A stretch of DNA of 64,000 nucleotides, taken from Macrostomum hystrix. Its lineage: Eukaryota; Animalia; Platyhelminthes. The number at the start of each line of letters is the position of its first letter. Positions within the stretch are counted from its first letter, which is position 1. The position numbers and the translations under genes were made by a program. Shown piece after piece: positions 1 through 12,200 of this stretch. The notes below the pieces were generated by a model. The model saw only the letters and a list, made by a program, of their open reading frames with translations, was not told the DNA's origin and searched no databases. The DNA is taken from positions 6,386,001 to 6,450,000 of the forward strand of contig CATNEN010000034.1 in assembly GCA_950097015.1 (NCBI GenBank), read 5' to 3'.

Positions 1-391
1 AATAGGGGTCTATAAACTGGAATTCAAGAATATGGATCATTTATAATATTATGCGCCAATTCAAATTAAATTAATTTAACACAGCAAACTAGGAGATTGT
101 TAGTTTTACAATTGCGACTCGCTGTCCAATTTGGACTTACTATTGGCGAAGAGTATATTTTAAGTCAACCATATGTTTCAAAAAGATTTCGGTTGACTTT
201 CAGGGTGGATGCTGTCTCCTGTAAAAGGACTGGCTACTCAAACGCTTAACCGAGAGAAGGCCTAAATCATGTTTGCCTTTATTTTGTACTTATGGCAAAT
301 TCATATGCACTGTGACTAGGCGTCTTCGACACAGTCGGTACAACACAGGCTGCTCAGTAACGCTTGCCATGCATTTAGTTCTACTGCCATT

Positions 392-1279
392 TTAGTAGTA
401 GCCTCTCTTGCTAGCGGAGTCTTTGTAGTTCCACATGCCAGGCCAGTAGTAGCCTCTCTTGCTAGCGGAGTCTTTGTAGTTCCATATGCCAGGCCAGTAG
501 TAGCCTCTCTTGCTAGCGGAGTGTTTGAAGTTCCACATGCCACGCCAGTAGTAGCCTCTCTTGCTAGCGGAGTGTTTGTAGTTCCACATGCCAGGCCAAT
601 AGTAGCTTCTCTTGCTAGCGGAGTCTTTGTAGTTCCACATTCCAGGCCAGTTGTAGCCTCTCTTGTCAGCTTTGTAGTTCCACATGCCAGGCCAGTAGTA
701 GCCTCTCTTGCTAGCGGAGTGTTCGAAGTTCCACATGCCAGGCCAATAGTAGCCCCTCTTGCCAGCGGAGTCTTTGTAGTTCCATATGCCAGGCCAGTAG
801 TAGCCTCTCTTGCTAGCGGAGTCTTTGTAGTTCCACATGCCAGGCCAGTAGTAGCCTCTCTTGCTAGCGGAGTGTTTGAAGTTCCACATTCCAGGCCAGT
901 AGTAGCCTCTCTTGTCAGCTTTGTAGTTCCACATGCCAGGCCAGTAGTAGCCTCTCTTGCTAGCGGAGTGTTCGAAGTTCCACGTGCCAGGCCAGTAGTA
1001 GCCTCTCTTGCTAGCGGAGTCTTTGTAGTTCCACATGCCAGGCCAATAGTAGCCTCTCTTGCTAGCGGAGTGTTTGTAGTTCCACATGCCAGGCCAATAG
1101 TAGCCTCTCTTGTCAGTACTAAAAGTCTCTTCATTGCCATCTACATGTTCCACTGCAGCTAAGATCAGCAAAGTTGAGAAGAGAGCCAAGCAATGCGGTA
1201 AGCTGGAACGGATGTTGGCTGAGATAAAGTTTTGAAATGAGGTTGCCTTTGCACAACTGCGCTCGAAATCGATTGCCAT
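392..1279 (-). CDS. Secreted multi-copy peptide precursor (prohormone/neuropeptide-like): 14 KR-flanked peptides, consensus GYYWPGMWNYK(D/H)SAS
   Basis: The 295-aa ORF has a hydrophobic signal-like segment (SLPHCLALFSTLLILAAVEHVDG), an acidic spacer (NEETFSTD), then 14 complete peptides each bounded by the dibasic convertase site KR, ending GYY-stop (TAA at 394-392). An in-phase acceptor (tttatctcag, exon from 1218) may mean the true start lies in an upstream exon. Confidence 0.8.
   Translation of the reverse strand: MAIDFERSCAKATSFQNFISANIRSSLPHCLALFSTLLILAAVEHVDGNEETFSTDKRGYYWPGMWNYKHSASKRGYYWPGMWNYKDSASKRGYYWPGTWNFEHSASKRGYYWPGMWNYKADKRGYYWPGMWNFKHSASKRGYYWPGMWNYKDSASKRGYYWPGIWNYKDSAGKRGYYWPGMWNFEHSASKRGYYWPGMWNYKADKRGYNWPGMWNYKDSASKRSYYWPGMWNYKHSASKRGYYWRGMWNFKHSASKRGYYWPGIWNYKDSASKRGYYWPGMWNYKDSASKRGYY
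395..1105 (-). repeat. Coding tandem repeat, 51-bp unit (45-bp variant in units 4 and 9)
   Basis: The repeat unit equals one peptide plus KR (17 codons). The two shorter ADKR units are 15 codons, so frame is preserved. Confidence 0.95.
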
Positions 1280-1912
1280 CCTAACTACGCTCGTGCTACC
1301 AGGTCGCTCATAAGAAACGATTCTGCCTATTAAACTTCTTAAAGAAATGGCAGTCCATTGCTTGACAGTTTGACGCGGTCGATAGAATTATTGATTGCCT
1401 TCGCTGATGGGGTCCCGACTCTACATATAGTGTTCCTGAATACAGCAGTCTCCACCTAAGGTTCACCTGGGGTATCACCTTTCCCTGAAAACACAGCTGT
1501 CAGTTTACACTGGGCCCTACCTGATAAGGACATTGCACAATGTTAAGTATGAAAAGTATGAAATGGTTAAGGTTACAAGAAACTTGCCTTCTCAGTCGCA
1601 GCATTTCCAATACTGAGCAGTTTGGAAAGACTGATCAGCTAGACTCGTCAAAGTTTATTGCTTCTTGTCGAACTGTTCGTAGACCGAATTTGAGCAGTCT
1701 CTTGAAACGACTTAAGCAGAATTTATACATATCATGGGAGGCATGTAGATGCGGCATCTTTCGGCTCCCGTATGCAGTCTCTGCCGTGAGACTCGCTAAA
1801 GGCTGCGGCCAATCAGAAATCGTCGTCATTGACAGTCTAATTGATTGGTGCGTGGATGGTCTCAGAGTGCTTCGAGTCGGAAATGGCTGCCTGCAAACCA
1901 GACACTAGATCT

Positions 1913-2082
1913 AAGTTCCCTGAGCTCGATTCCGCAGCGAGGCCACATTAATTTGGGGCCGCATGTACATAGCCTGTGTGAGTCTGTGCTCAGGAGTCAG
2001 CGGAAAGGGGCGGAATTGCCTCTCACTCGCTACGGGTCTGCTGTCATAGATTGATGTGCCAGTGCATACAGCCCTTCTACAA
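1913..2082 (+). mobile_element. Diverged, 5'-truncated and internally deleted copy of the tRNA-derived SINE
   Basis: It retains the B-box-like GCTCGATTCC, gccacatt(a)atttgggg and the 3' body (gaattgcctc...gtgccagtgc...cagccctt), matching the copy at 62679-63044. The central hairpin segment is missing. Confidence 0.7.
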
Positions 2083-4598
2083 TAGAGTTTCGAACCCACG
2101 ACCTATGAGTTGCGATGGTCTCAAGGTCTTGATTTTTCAAATCTTCAGAATTTCTGGCTGCTAAACAAGCGACAGAATAATTGCGTGCTCACTGGCTAGG
2201 CCAGCATTGTTAGGCATAGATGACATGATGCTGAAATTGAGCATCGCCTGTGCAAGCTGATTCCTAGTTAGACAGCTCTTACAACCCTTTGAGCAGTGGG
2301 CAGCGCATTATACTCGTACTATCGACAATATATTCTCTTTTTGTGCCCTACAAAGTTGTCACAATTATTATCCCATTAGGCTAAAAATGCAGCAAAGGTT
2401 TGCACACGTGCATCTAAACACAAGAGACAGAAAAAGTTGGAATGTTTTACAGTTTAAAGGGAGAAATTTAGTTTGAAGAATCTAGATTTATGATAAGATT
2501 CTGGATCGTAATTACGAGTACAAGTTAAGGAAGTCAATGACAAACATCTGACATGCCTGTCCGCTAGGATGTGCGATGCAGGGGGCAAATATTTCAAGGC
2601 GTCATGTTTTTGTGACACGTGCAATGTGTTAAAAACATGCCCTACCCCAAGTACCCACCCCAAGGGGACTTAACTCCTCGATATGTGAATTGTACACAAT
2701 TTAGAATCTTGTCTAAAACATGTCTTCAGCATCAACAATAATCTCTTGGGCGGATGGATATAGGCTAATCAACTACAATAGGCTAACCACCTACAACAGG
2801 CTAACCACCTACAACAGGCTAATCACCTACAACAGGCTAATCAACTACAAAAGGCTAACCACCAACAACAGGCTAATCACCTACAACAGGCTAACCACCT
2901 ACAACAGGCTAATCAACTACAATAGGCTAACCACCTACAACAGGCTAACCACCTACAACAGGCTAACCACCTACAACAGGCTAATCACCTACAACAGGCT
3001 AATCAACTACAAAAGGCTAACCACCAACAACAGGCTAATCAACTACAATAGGCTAACCACCTACAACAGGCTAATCAACTACAATAGGCTAACCACCTAC
3101 AACAGGCTAACCACCTACAACAGGCTAATCAACTACAACAGGCTAACCACCTACAACAGGCTAATCAACTACAACAGGCTAACCACCTACAACAGGCTAA
3201 TCAACTACAATAGGCTAACCACCTACAACAGGCTAACCACCTACAACAGGCTAATCAACTACAACAGGCTAACCACCTACAACAGGCTAATCAACTACAA
3301 TAGGCTAACCACCTACAACAGGCTAATCAACTACAATAGGCTAACCACCTACAACAGGCTAACCACCTACAACAGGCTAATCAACTACAATAGGCTAACC
3401 ACCTACAACAGGCTAATCAACTACAATAGGCTAACCACCTACAACAGGCTAATCAACTACAATAGGCTAACCACCTACAACAGGCTAACCACCTACAACA
3501 GGCTAATCAACTACAATAGGCTAACCACCTACAACAGGCTAATCAACTACAATAGGCTAACCACCTACAACAGGCTAACCACCTACAACAGGCTAATCAA
3601 CTACAATAGGCTAACCACCTACAACAGGCTAATCAACTACAATAGGCTAACCACCTACAACAGGCTAACCACCTACAACAGGCTAATCAACTACAATAGG
3701 CTAACCACCTACAACAGGCTAATCACCTACAACAGGCTAACCACCTACAACAGGCTAATCAACTACAATAGGCTAACCACCTACAACAGGCTAACCACCT
3801 ACAACAGGCTAATCAACTACAATAGGCTAACCACCTACAACAGGCTAACCACCTACAACAGGCTAATCAACTACAATAGGCTAACCACCTACAACAGGCT
3901 AATCACCTACAACAGGCTAATCACCTACAACAGGCTAGTCACCTACAACAGTCTAATCACCTACAACAGGCTAACCACCTACAACAGGCTAATCACCTAC
4001 AACAGGCTAATCACCTACAACAGGCTAACCACCTACAACAGGCTAACCACCTACAACAGGCTAATCAACTACAATAGGCTAACCACCTACAACAGGCTAA
4101 TCACCTACAACAGGCTAATCACCTACAACAGGCTAATCACCTACAACAGGCTAGTCACCTACAACAGGCTAACCACCTACAACAGGCTAATCACCTACAA
4201 CAGGCTAATCACCTACAACAGGCTAACCACCTACAACAGGCTAACCACCTACAACAGGCTAATCACCTACAACAGGCTAACCACCTACAACAGGCTAATC
4301 ACCTACAACAGGCTAATCACCTACAACAGGCTAACCACCTACAACAGGCTAACCACCTACAACAGGCTAATCACCTACAACAGGCTAACCACCTACAACA
4401 GGCTAACCACCTACAACAGGCTAATCACCTACAACAGGCTAATCACCTACAACAGGCTAACCACCTACAACAGGCTAATCAACTACAACAGGCTAACCAC
4501 CTACAACAGGCTAACCACCTACAACAGGCTAATCACCTACAACAGGCTAATCACCTACAACAGGCTAACCACCTACAACAGGCTAATCAACTACAATA

Positions 4599-4934
4599 GG
4601 GGGGTCGGTGGCAGAGCGGTTAACACGTTTGCCTCTCGGACCACGGTCCTTATGTTCGATTCCACGGCGAGGCCACATTTATTTGGGGGCTTGTCGTGCA
4701 ATTTACGCCCTTAAGGGCCAACCTCCAAGGCACAGTGAAATGTACACTGCCTGACGATGAGAAAGTCAGGGCAGATGTACACACCTGTGTGAGTGTATGC
4801 CTGCGTACAGTATCTGTGTGCGTGTGTGCTCTGGACTCAGCCAAATGGGCAGAATTGCCTCCTCGCTGGCTGGGGGTCTAGTGTCACCAAATGTTGTGCC
4901 ATTGCCCGCAGCCCTCCTGCAATTATTAAATATT
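4599..4934 (+). mobile_element. tRNA-derived SINE, full length (336 bp), copy 1 inside the minisatellite
   Basis: It has a Pol III A-box TGGCAGAGCGG, a B-box GTTCGATTCC, a unique body and an AATTATT tail. It matches 6242-6577, 7491-7826 and 62679-63044. Confidence 0.9.
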
Positions 4935-6241
4935 CACCTACAACAGGCTAACCACCTACAACAGGCTAACCACCTACAACAGGCTAATCAACTACAATAG
5001 GCTAACCACCTACAACAGGCTAATCACCTACAACAGGCTAATCACCTACAACAGGCTAATCACCTACAACAGGCTAGTCACCTACAACAGGCTAACCACC
5101 TACAACAGGCTAATCACCTACAACAGGCTAATCACCTACAACAGGCTAACCACCTACAACAGGCTAACCACCTACAACAGGCTAATCACCTACAACAGGC
5201 TAACCACCTACAACAGGCTAATCACCTACAACAGGCTAACCACCTACAACAGGCTAACCACCTACAACAGGCTAACCACCTACAACAGGCTAATCACCTA
5301 CAACAGGCTAACCACCTACAACAGGCTAATCACCTACAACAGGCTAATCACCTACAACAGGCTAACCACCTACAACAGGCTAATCAACTACAATAGGCTA
5401 ACCACCTACAACAGGCTAATCACCTACAACAGGCTAATCACCTACAACAGGCTAATCAACTACAATAGGCTAACCACCTACAACAGGCTAACCACCTACA
5501 ACAGGCTAATCAACTACAATAGGCTAACCACCTACAACAGGCTAATCACCTACAACAGGCTAATCACCTACAACAGGCTAGTCACCTACAACAGTCTAAT
5601 CACCTACAACAGGCTAACCACCTACAACAGGCTAATCACCTACAACAGGCTAATCACCTACAACAGGCTAACCACCTACAACAGGCTAACCACCTACAAC
5701 AGGCTAATCAACTACAATAGGCTAACCACCTACAACAGGCTAATCACCTACAACAGGCTAATCACCTACAACAGGCTAATCACCTACAACAGGCTAGTCA
5801 CCTACAACAGGCTAACCACCTACAACAGGCTAATCACCTACAACAGGCTAATCACCTACAACAGGCTAACCACCTACAACAGGCTAACCACCTACAACAG
5901 GCTAATCACCTACAACAGGCTAACCACCTACAACAGGCTAATCACCTACAACAGGCTAATCACCTACAACAGGCTAACCACCTACAACAGGCTAACCACC
6001 TACAACAGGCTAATCACCTACAACAGGCTAACCACCTACAACAGGCTAACCACCTACAACAGGCTAATCACCTACAACAGGCTAATCACCTACAACAGGC
6101 TAACCACCTACAACAGGCTAATCAACTACAACAGGCTAACCACCTACAACAGGCTAACCACCTACAACAGGCTAATCACCTACAACAGGCTAATCACCTA
6201 CAACAGGCTAACCACCTACAACAGGCTAATCAACTACAATA

Positions 6242-6577
6242 GGGGGGTCGGTGGCAGAGCGGTTAACACGTTTGCCTCTCGGACCACGGTCCTTATGTTC
6301 GATTCCACGGCGAGGCCACATTTATTTGGGGGCTTGTCGTGCAATTTACGCCCTTAAGGGCCAACCTCCAAGGCACAGTGAAATGTACACTGCCTGACGA
6401 TGAGAAAGTCAGGGCAGATGTACACACCTGTGTGAGTGTATGCCTGCGTACAGTATCTGTGTGCGTGTGTGCTCTGGACTCAGCCAAATGGGCAGAATTG
6501 CCTCCTCGCTGGCTGGGGGTCTAGTGTCACCAAATGTTGTGCCATTGCCCGCAGCCCTCCTGCAATTATTAAATATT
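6242..6577 (+). mobile_element. tRNA-derived SINE, copy 2 inside the minisatellite
   Basis: It appears identical to 4599-4934, with the same junctions (caactacaatag| ... |cacctacaa). Confidence 0.9.
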
Positions 6578-7490
6578 CACCTACAACAGGCTAACCACCT
6601 ACAACAGGCTAACCACCTACAACAGGCTAATCAACTACAATAGGCTAACCACCTACAACAGGCTAATCACCTACAACAGGCTAATCACCTACAACAGGCT
6701 AATCACCTACAACAGGCTAGTCACCTACAACAGGCTAACCACCTACAACAGGCTAATCACCTACAACAGGCTAATCACCTACAACAGGCTAACCACCTAC
6801 AACAGGCTAACCACCTACAACAGGCTAATCACCTACAACAGGCTAACCACCTACAACAGGCTAATCACCTACAACAGGCTAATCACCTACAACAGGCTAA
6901 CCACCTACAACAGGCTAATCACCTACAACAGGCTAATCACCTACAACAGGCTAATCCACCTACAACAGGCTAATCACCTACAACAGGCTAATCACCTACA
7001 ACAGGCTAACCACCTACAACAGGCTAACCACCTACAACAGTCTAATCACCTACAACAGGCTAACCACCTACAACAGGCTAATCACCTACAACAGGCTAAT
7101 CACCTACAACAGGCTAACCACCTACAACAGGCTAACCACCTACAACAGGCTAATCACCTACAACAGGCTAACCACCTACAACAGGCTAATCACCTACAAC
7201 AGGCTAATCACCTACAACAGGCTAACCACCTACAACAGGCTAACCACCTACAACAGGCTAATCACCTACAACAGGCTAATCCACCTACAACAGGCTAACC
7301 ACCTACAACAGGCTAATCACCTACAACAGGCTAATCACCTACAACAGGCTAACCACCTACAACAGGCTAGTCACCTACAACAGGCTAATCACCTACAACA
7401 GGCTAATCACCTACAACAGGCTAATCACCTACAACAGGCTAATCACCTACAACAGGCTAACCACCTACAACAGGCTAATCAACTACAATA

Positions 7491-7826
7491 GGGGGGTCGG
7501 TGGCAGAGCGGTTAACACGTTTGCCTCTCGGACCACGGTCCTTATGTTCGATTCCACGGCGAGGCCACATTTATTTGGGGGCTTGTCGTGCAATTTACGC
7601 CCTTAAGGGCCAACCTCCAAGGCACAGTGAAATGTACACTGCCTGACGATGAGAAAGTCAGGGCAGATGTACACACCTGTGTGAGTGTATGCCTGCGTAC
7701 AGTATCTGTGTGCGTGTGTGCTCTGGACTCAGCCAAATGGGCAGAATTGCCTCCTCGCTGGCTGGGGGTCTAGTGTCACCAAATGTTGTGCCACTGCCCG
7801 CAGCCCTCCTGCAATTATTAAATATT
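7491..7826 (+). mobile_element. tRNA-derived SINE, copy 3 inside the minisatellite
   Basis: Same element and junctions. The one difference noticed is ccaCtgcccg versus ccaTtgcccg. Confidence 0.9.
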
Positions 7827-9207
7827 CACCTACAATAGGCTAACCATCTACAATCCCCAGCCAGGCTTATCACCTACAAACCAGGTAGATTTAAGTCTTC
7901 CAAGTTCCCATATCCCTGAGGAGGAACCTTCCCAGATCTTCAGGCACATATACTTTATATACAGGACATTAAATGAGGTCACCCGTCACCGACCATCGCT
8001 TGTCTGTCATGAGTGTTTGCCACTGTCTGAATAAAATCAAAAGACACGGGTCTCTTTAGAAGATCTTATCAGTATGATTCGCTTGAGTCATTTCAACACC
8101 GAACTTATCAGATGAAGCCAACCATACTATTAGAGTACTCAAGCACCGTCTCAAGGTCCGAAAAATAAAAATTCATAGAACGACATCTTGCTGCCAATTT
8201 TGCACTGAAAAATACTTTCAGGATGGCTCCTGGCTTATGAAGAGCGAATGGTTTTCTTCGCTTCCTGATACGAAATTGTTTGTCTATTTTCTTAAATAGA
8301 CTACTCTTGAGTAGTATAAACTGAGTTTAAAGTGCTACTCTCTGCTATCTTAAGATTTATAGTAATAATATCTCTTATTAAAATTTGGTCAAGAAAAAGT
8401 TCATATGACAGAAAAATAAATATCGGCGAGGGACAACAGATAAAATATTCCAAAGTTTATTCTGCCTGTTGAAATTCAATAATTACAGATTACTTACAAG
8501 AAAATGCCTCTAAAGCAGGTTAAGATAAAAATACAACACTATGAAAGAGAATGACAGATATGAATTTGATTTCATGACAAAATCAAATCAAATCAAATAT
8601 ACGAAAATTCAGACTAGAGATGGCGGAAGTGAAGTTGAAAACAAGCAGAATCAAGCTTTGATCTGTCGGATTTGAATGTACTTTTTGTTAGTGGGCCAAT
8701 TTGTGTGTATGTGTGCGTGCGTGTGCATTTCAATGTGTCCTGAATTTAATAATGCGAGTTTAAATATAAGGAGACACTAAGTGGAAAGGACTAGATAAAA
8801 ATTTATATTTTTAAAGCTGACAGGCTAAAACTAAAAAATTAAGAAGTAAACCTCCTGGTTCCTTTTGTAGCTGGGAATACGCGCCATAAAGCACTAACCA
8901 GAAATGATAAATATTGAGTCATTAATTACAGAGAAAAACATTCAATACCGGAATATACAACTTTTGAAAGCTATGCCCTAGAGACACAGTAATCTATAGC
9001 AGCCGCTTCATCCAGCCAGGTTCGCTATAGTCTGCTTTGCTTGCTTGACAAAGCTGTGACGGCTATAGCTGCATGCAGTCAAAAAAGAACAAAAAACAAG
9101 AGCAAAACGGATGAAAGCAATGAGTGAACTTTTCAGTTACATTTTCACGACAACAAGAGAACAAGACGGGAGACGGAGTAGCAAGTTCTGCTTCGATCTT
9201 CAGCTGA

Positions 9208-12200
9208 TCAGCCGCCGCAGCCGCCGCAGCCACCGCCGCAGCCGCCGCAGCCGCCGCAACCACCGCAGCCGCCGCAGCCGCCGCATCCGCCGCAGCCGCC
9301 GCAACCGCCGCAACCGCCAGCGTCTCCACCGTCGCCTCCATCGCCACCAGCATCGGCTCCTACGTCCCCGATGGCGCCGCCGACACAGCCGCCGCAGGAG
9401 CCGCTGTTTATGACGCACTTGTAGTAGGCATTGGATGGCACCCAGGCATCGTATAGAAAGCCAGCTGCCAGACACATGGCGAATGTGTCCGACTCGACCC
9501 TACGGACCCGCTTGTCGCCTCTGCTCTGCGGCGCCCTGGCGCTGGGCCGCGGCACGCCGACGATCCGGGCCTCGTCGGCGTCGGTGAACGGCGGCGGCGC
9601 CTCGGTTGGCACCTGCGTCGTGCTGTCCACCGGGTTCTGGCGCTCGCGCACCTGCGGTTTGTCAGAGTGATGTAATAGAAAATGATATAAATACTTTTAA
9701 CGGATGTTGATAAGAATGATTTATTCAACAGAGCCTATTTTCTGCTAAGGGGTGAGTGGCAGAGCCGTAAACGCGTTTGCCTTTCGCACCAAGGTCCCTG
9801 AGCTCGATTCCGCGGCGAGGCCACATTTATTTGGGGCGCAACTTGAGGGCCAACCTACAAGGCACAGTGTCTCTGCCCTCACCGTCCTTGGCTGGCACAG
9901 AACCTCCAAGGTGGCGGCACAGAATGCCGAGCAGACAAGCTGCCCGACATCCTTACAGCTGGCCGACACCGAGACAACGCCGGATTTGAGATCCACCGAC
10001 ATGTCACGGACGGTGATCTTCATCTGGCCGAGATCATCAGGCAGATTTCTCTGCTCCACAGCCGGTGGAGCCGCCTTGCCGCCGGCGCGCAGACCTTGAA
10101 AGCGGAGCTGCAGCAAGCCGGGGTTGCCTGGCTGGCCGGGCACGCCGCGCGAGACTCCCTTGACGCCCGGCTTACCTGGGACACCTTTGCGAAAACCGAG
10201 CCAGGTGCCTTGCACCACGCCCCAGTCGCCAAGGTGGTCCTTGATTAAGAAGGCTCGCTGCATACTGGCCACGTCGAGGGCGATGCACTTGTTGGACACC
10301 TGTCGGAATAGGAAACCGTTTTCAATCTAGGTGTGTCTAACATTTGAACATGAAATTTAGTTGTGTCTAACATTGGAACGCGTAGTTTAGGTGTGTCTAA
10401 CATTTGAACATGAAATTTAGGCTTGTCTAACATTGGAACATGTAATTTAGGTTTGTCTAACATTTGAACATGAAATTTAGGTGTATAACTGCATATATTT
10501 TACCTGGCTAACCAGAGGCAGCTGATCGGTGCCAATCAGGTGACCAACAGCGATCATCTGGTCAGCGTAGAACACCTGCACCACAGACATTGTCAGCCGC
10601 GTGGAGTGAATGATGCGCACAGTGAAGGCCTGCTGGTTCATGTGATTCAGCAGGCGGTGCGTGGCCACTAGGCACTGGTTCTCCTGACCTGCCGGCAGCC
10701 GGCCCAGCGGCACGGGACCCCAGAGGCTCTCTACGTACTCGGGAATGACAGCCACCAGGTAGCTGCCGGGCTCGAGTTTCAGGTGGCAGGAGTGCCTCTC
10801 AGGTGGCGAGCAGGTGAGCCCCAGGCGGACCCTGGCCCGCTGCGGATCTGATATGCCGGGCGCGGCGGGCCGGCGACAGTCGGTTAGGGGCAGCTCCTGG
10901 TCCACGGCGATAGGCTCCACCGAGTAGTGCTGCTCAAGGCGCTCGAGCATGGGCAGCTGGACGCTGCACATCACGTCGCTGTTGCAGCAGCCGAGCACGC
11001 CGCGCCTGTCAATCAGGTCCACCTTGAGGAATCGATGATGGCCCGTGACAAAGTCTTGCACAGCCAGCGGCCGGTCGCGTTTCTCAGCCAGGGTGTTCGG
11101 GCTGGACATCTTGAATAGTCGCTCCGTGCCGCCGAACACGTTGTAGCTTTCGACGACCACCTTGTAGCGATTCAGCTCGGGCGGCAGGGTGAGCTCGACC
11201 AGATTCAGCGAGATCCGGCTGCGCTTTGACGACAGCATGTACAGAGACTCGTGCGGCAGCTGCTGCAGCTTGCCTCTGGGCGGGTCCCCTCGGAACATGC
11301 ACCTGATTGGAGCGAATGACGAAATTGCTTTATCATTTGTTGCTTTCACTTGCCCTTGTGCTTTTCTTGGCAATCTGTCTGATATTGTATTACTTCTCCC
11401 TTTCTTTTCTCTCTTTCTCTGAGTTTTTTAGGTTTTCCCGCGCCCTCTTTCTACACTCTCTCGTCTCTCCCTCTGTCGCATCAACTTCTTTGGTAATCTT
11501 AATTTCTCTCCTCCCTTCTTAGCCTCTGATTGGCTCGCTGTTCGTCTCTCTTCTCTCATTCGTCTCTGATTGGCTCGCTATTCGTCTCTCTTCCCTCATT
11601 CGTCTCTCTTCTCTTCCTCGTCTCTCTTCTCTTCCTCGTCTCTGATTGGCTCGCTGTTCGTCTCTCTTTCCTCTCCCCCCACTTTTATATCTTATCATCT
11701 GGCCCGTCCCCATTGCTCTTACGCTCCAATCCCTCCTTATTTCGTGTTTATTTGGATCTCTCGACTCTCGGTCTAAAAGGCTCCCGCTCCACTTACGGCT
11801 GTAAGGGGAACAAATTGTTTAGGTAGAAACTAAGCCGTCTATCAGACGGCTGCGGAGAGTTTTGCCCTAACACCTACCAGCCCCTGATGCGCCTCGCCTC
11901 AGCCCGTGAACCTGACCAACGATCTAAACTTTACCCTCTGCTGACTTTGTACTTTTATTGCGATTAGTTTTTCATGGAGTCTCTCCTGCTGCTATTCTCC
12001 TTGACGTGTGACAAGTGTGCAACAACGAAAGGCATTCCATTCTAAAACCTTGATTATTTGCCGTTCGTTAATTAGACAGCTAGCATAAGACAGAAAAGAT
12101 TATGGCAACATTGAAAATTAATGCGTGTGTGTTTTTTGAATAATCTAATAAATTAATACACATACTGAATTCATATTAATAATGATCATTTTTTCCCGCA

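Larger units (their letters stand above)
2759..7850 (+). repeat. 18-bp minisatellite (CACCTACAACAGGCTAAY and variants) interrupted by three SINE copies
   Basis: Direct inspection. Variant units include CAACTACAATAGGCTAAC. This repeat explains the spurious 664-aa ORF at 2720-4714. Confidence 0.97.

Noticed and set aside
316-1162. Overlapping ORFs 316-1140 (minus) and 521-1162 (plus)
   Set aside because: These are shadow frames of the 51-bp coding repeat. Only the 392-1279 frame gives a signal peptide plus KR-flanked peptides.
1540-1908. 122-aa plus-strand ORF upstream of the peptide precursor
   Set aside because: No recognisable motif or splice support. It could hide the precursor's 5' exon on the minus strand, but none could be assigned.
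4599-4680. tRNA gene
   Set aside because: A and B boxes are present, but the acceptor and anticodon stems do not close properly and the sequence continues into a shared SINE body and tail.
2720-4714. 664-aa ORF of YNRLTT/YNRLIN repeats
   Set aside because: It is one stop-free frame of an 18-bp minisatellite running into a SINE. The same array continues in other frames with stops, and there is no signal of coding constraint.
11833-11851. Perfect 8-bp hairpin AGCCGTCT-ATC-AGACGGCT in DUF1399 intron 1
   Set aside because: It is isolated, with no U-tract or other support. It possibly belongs to an unrecognised repeat.
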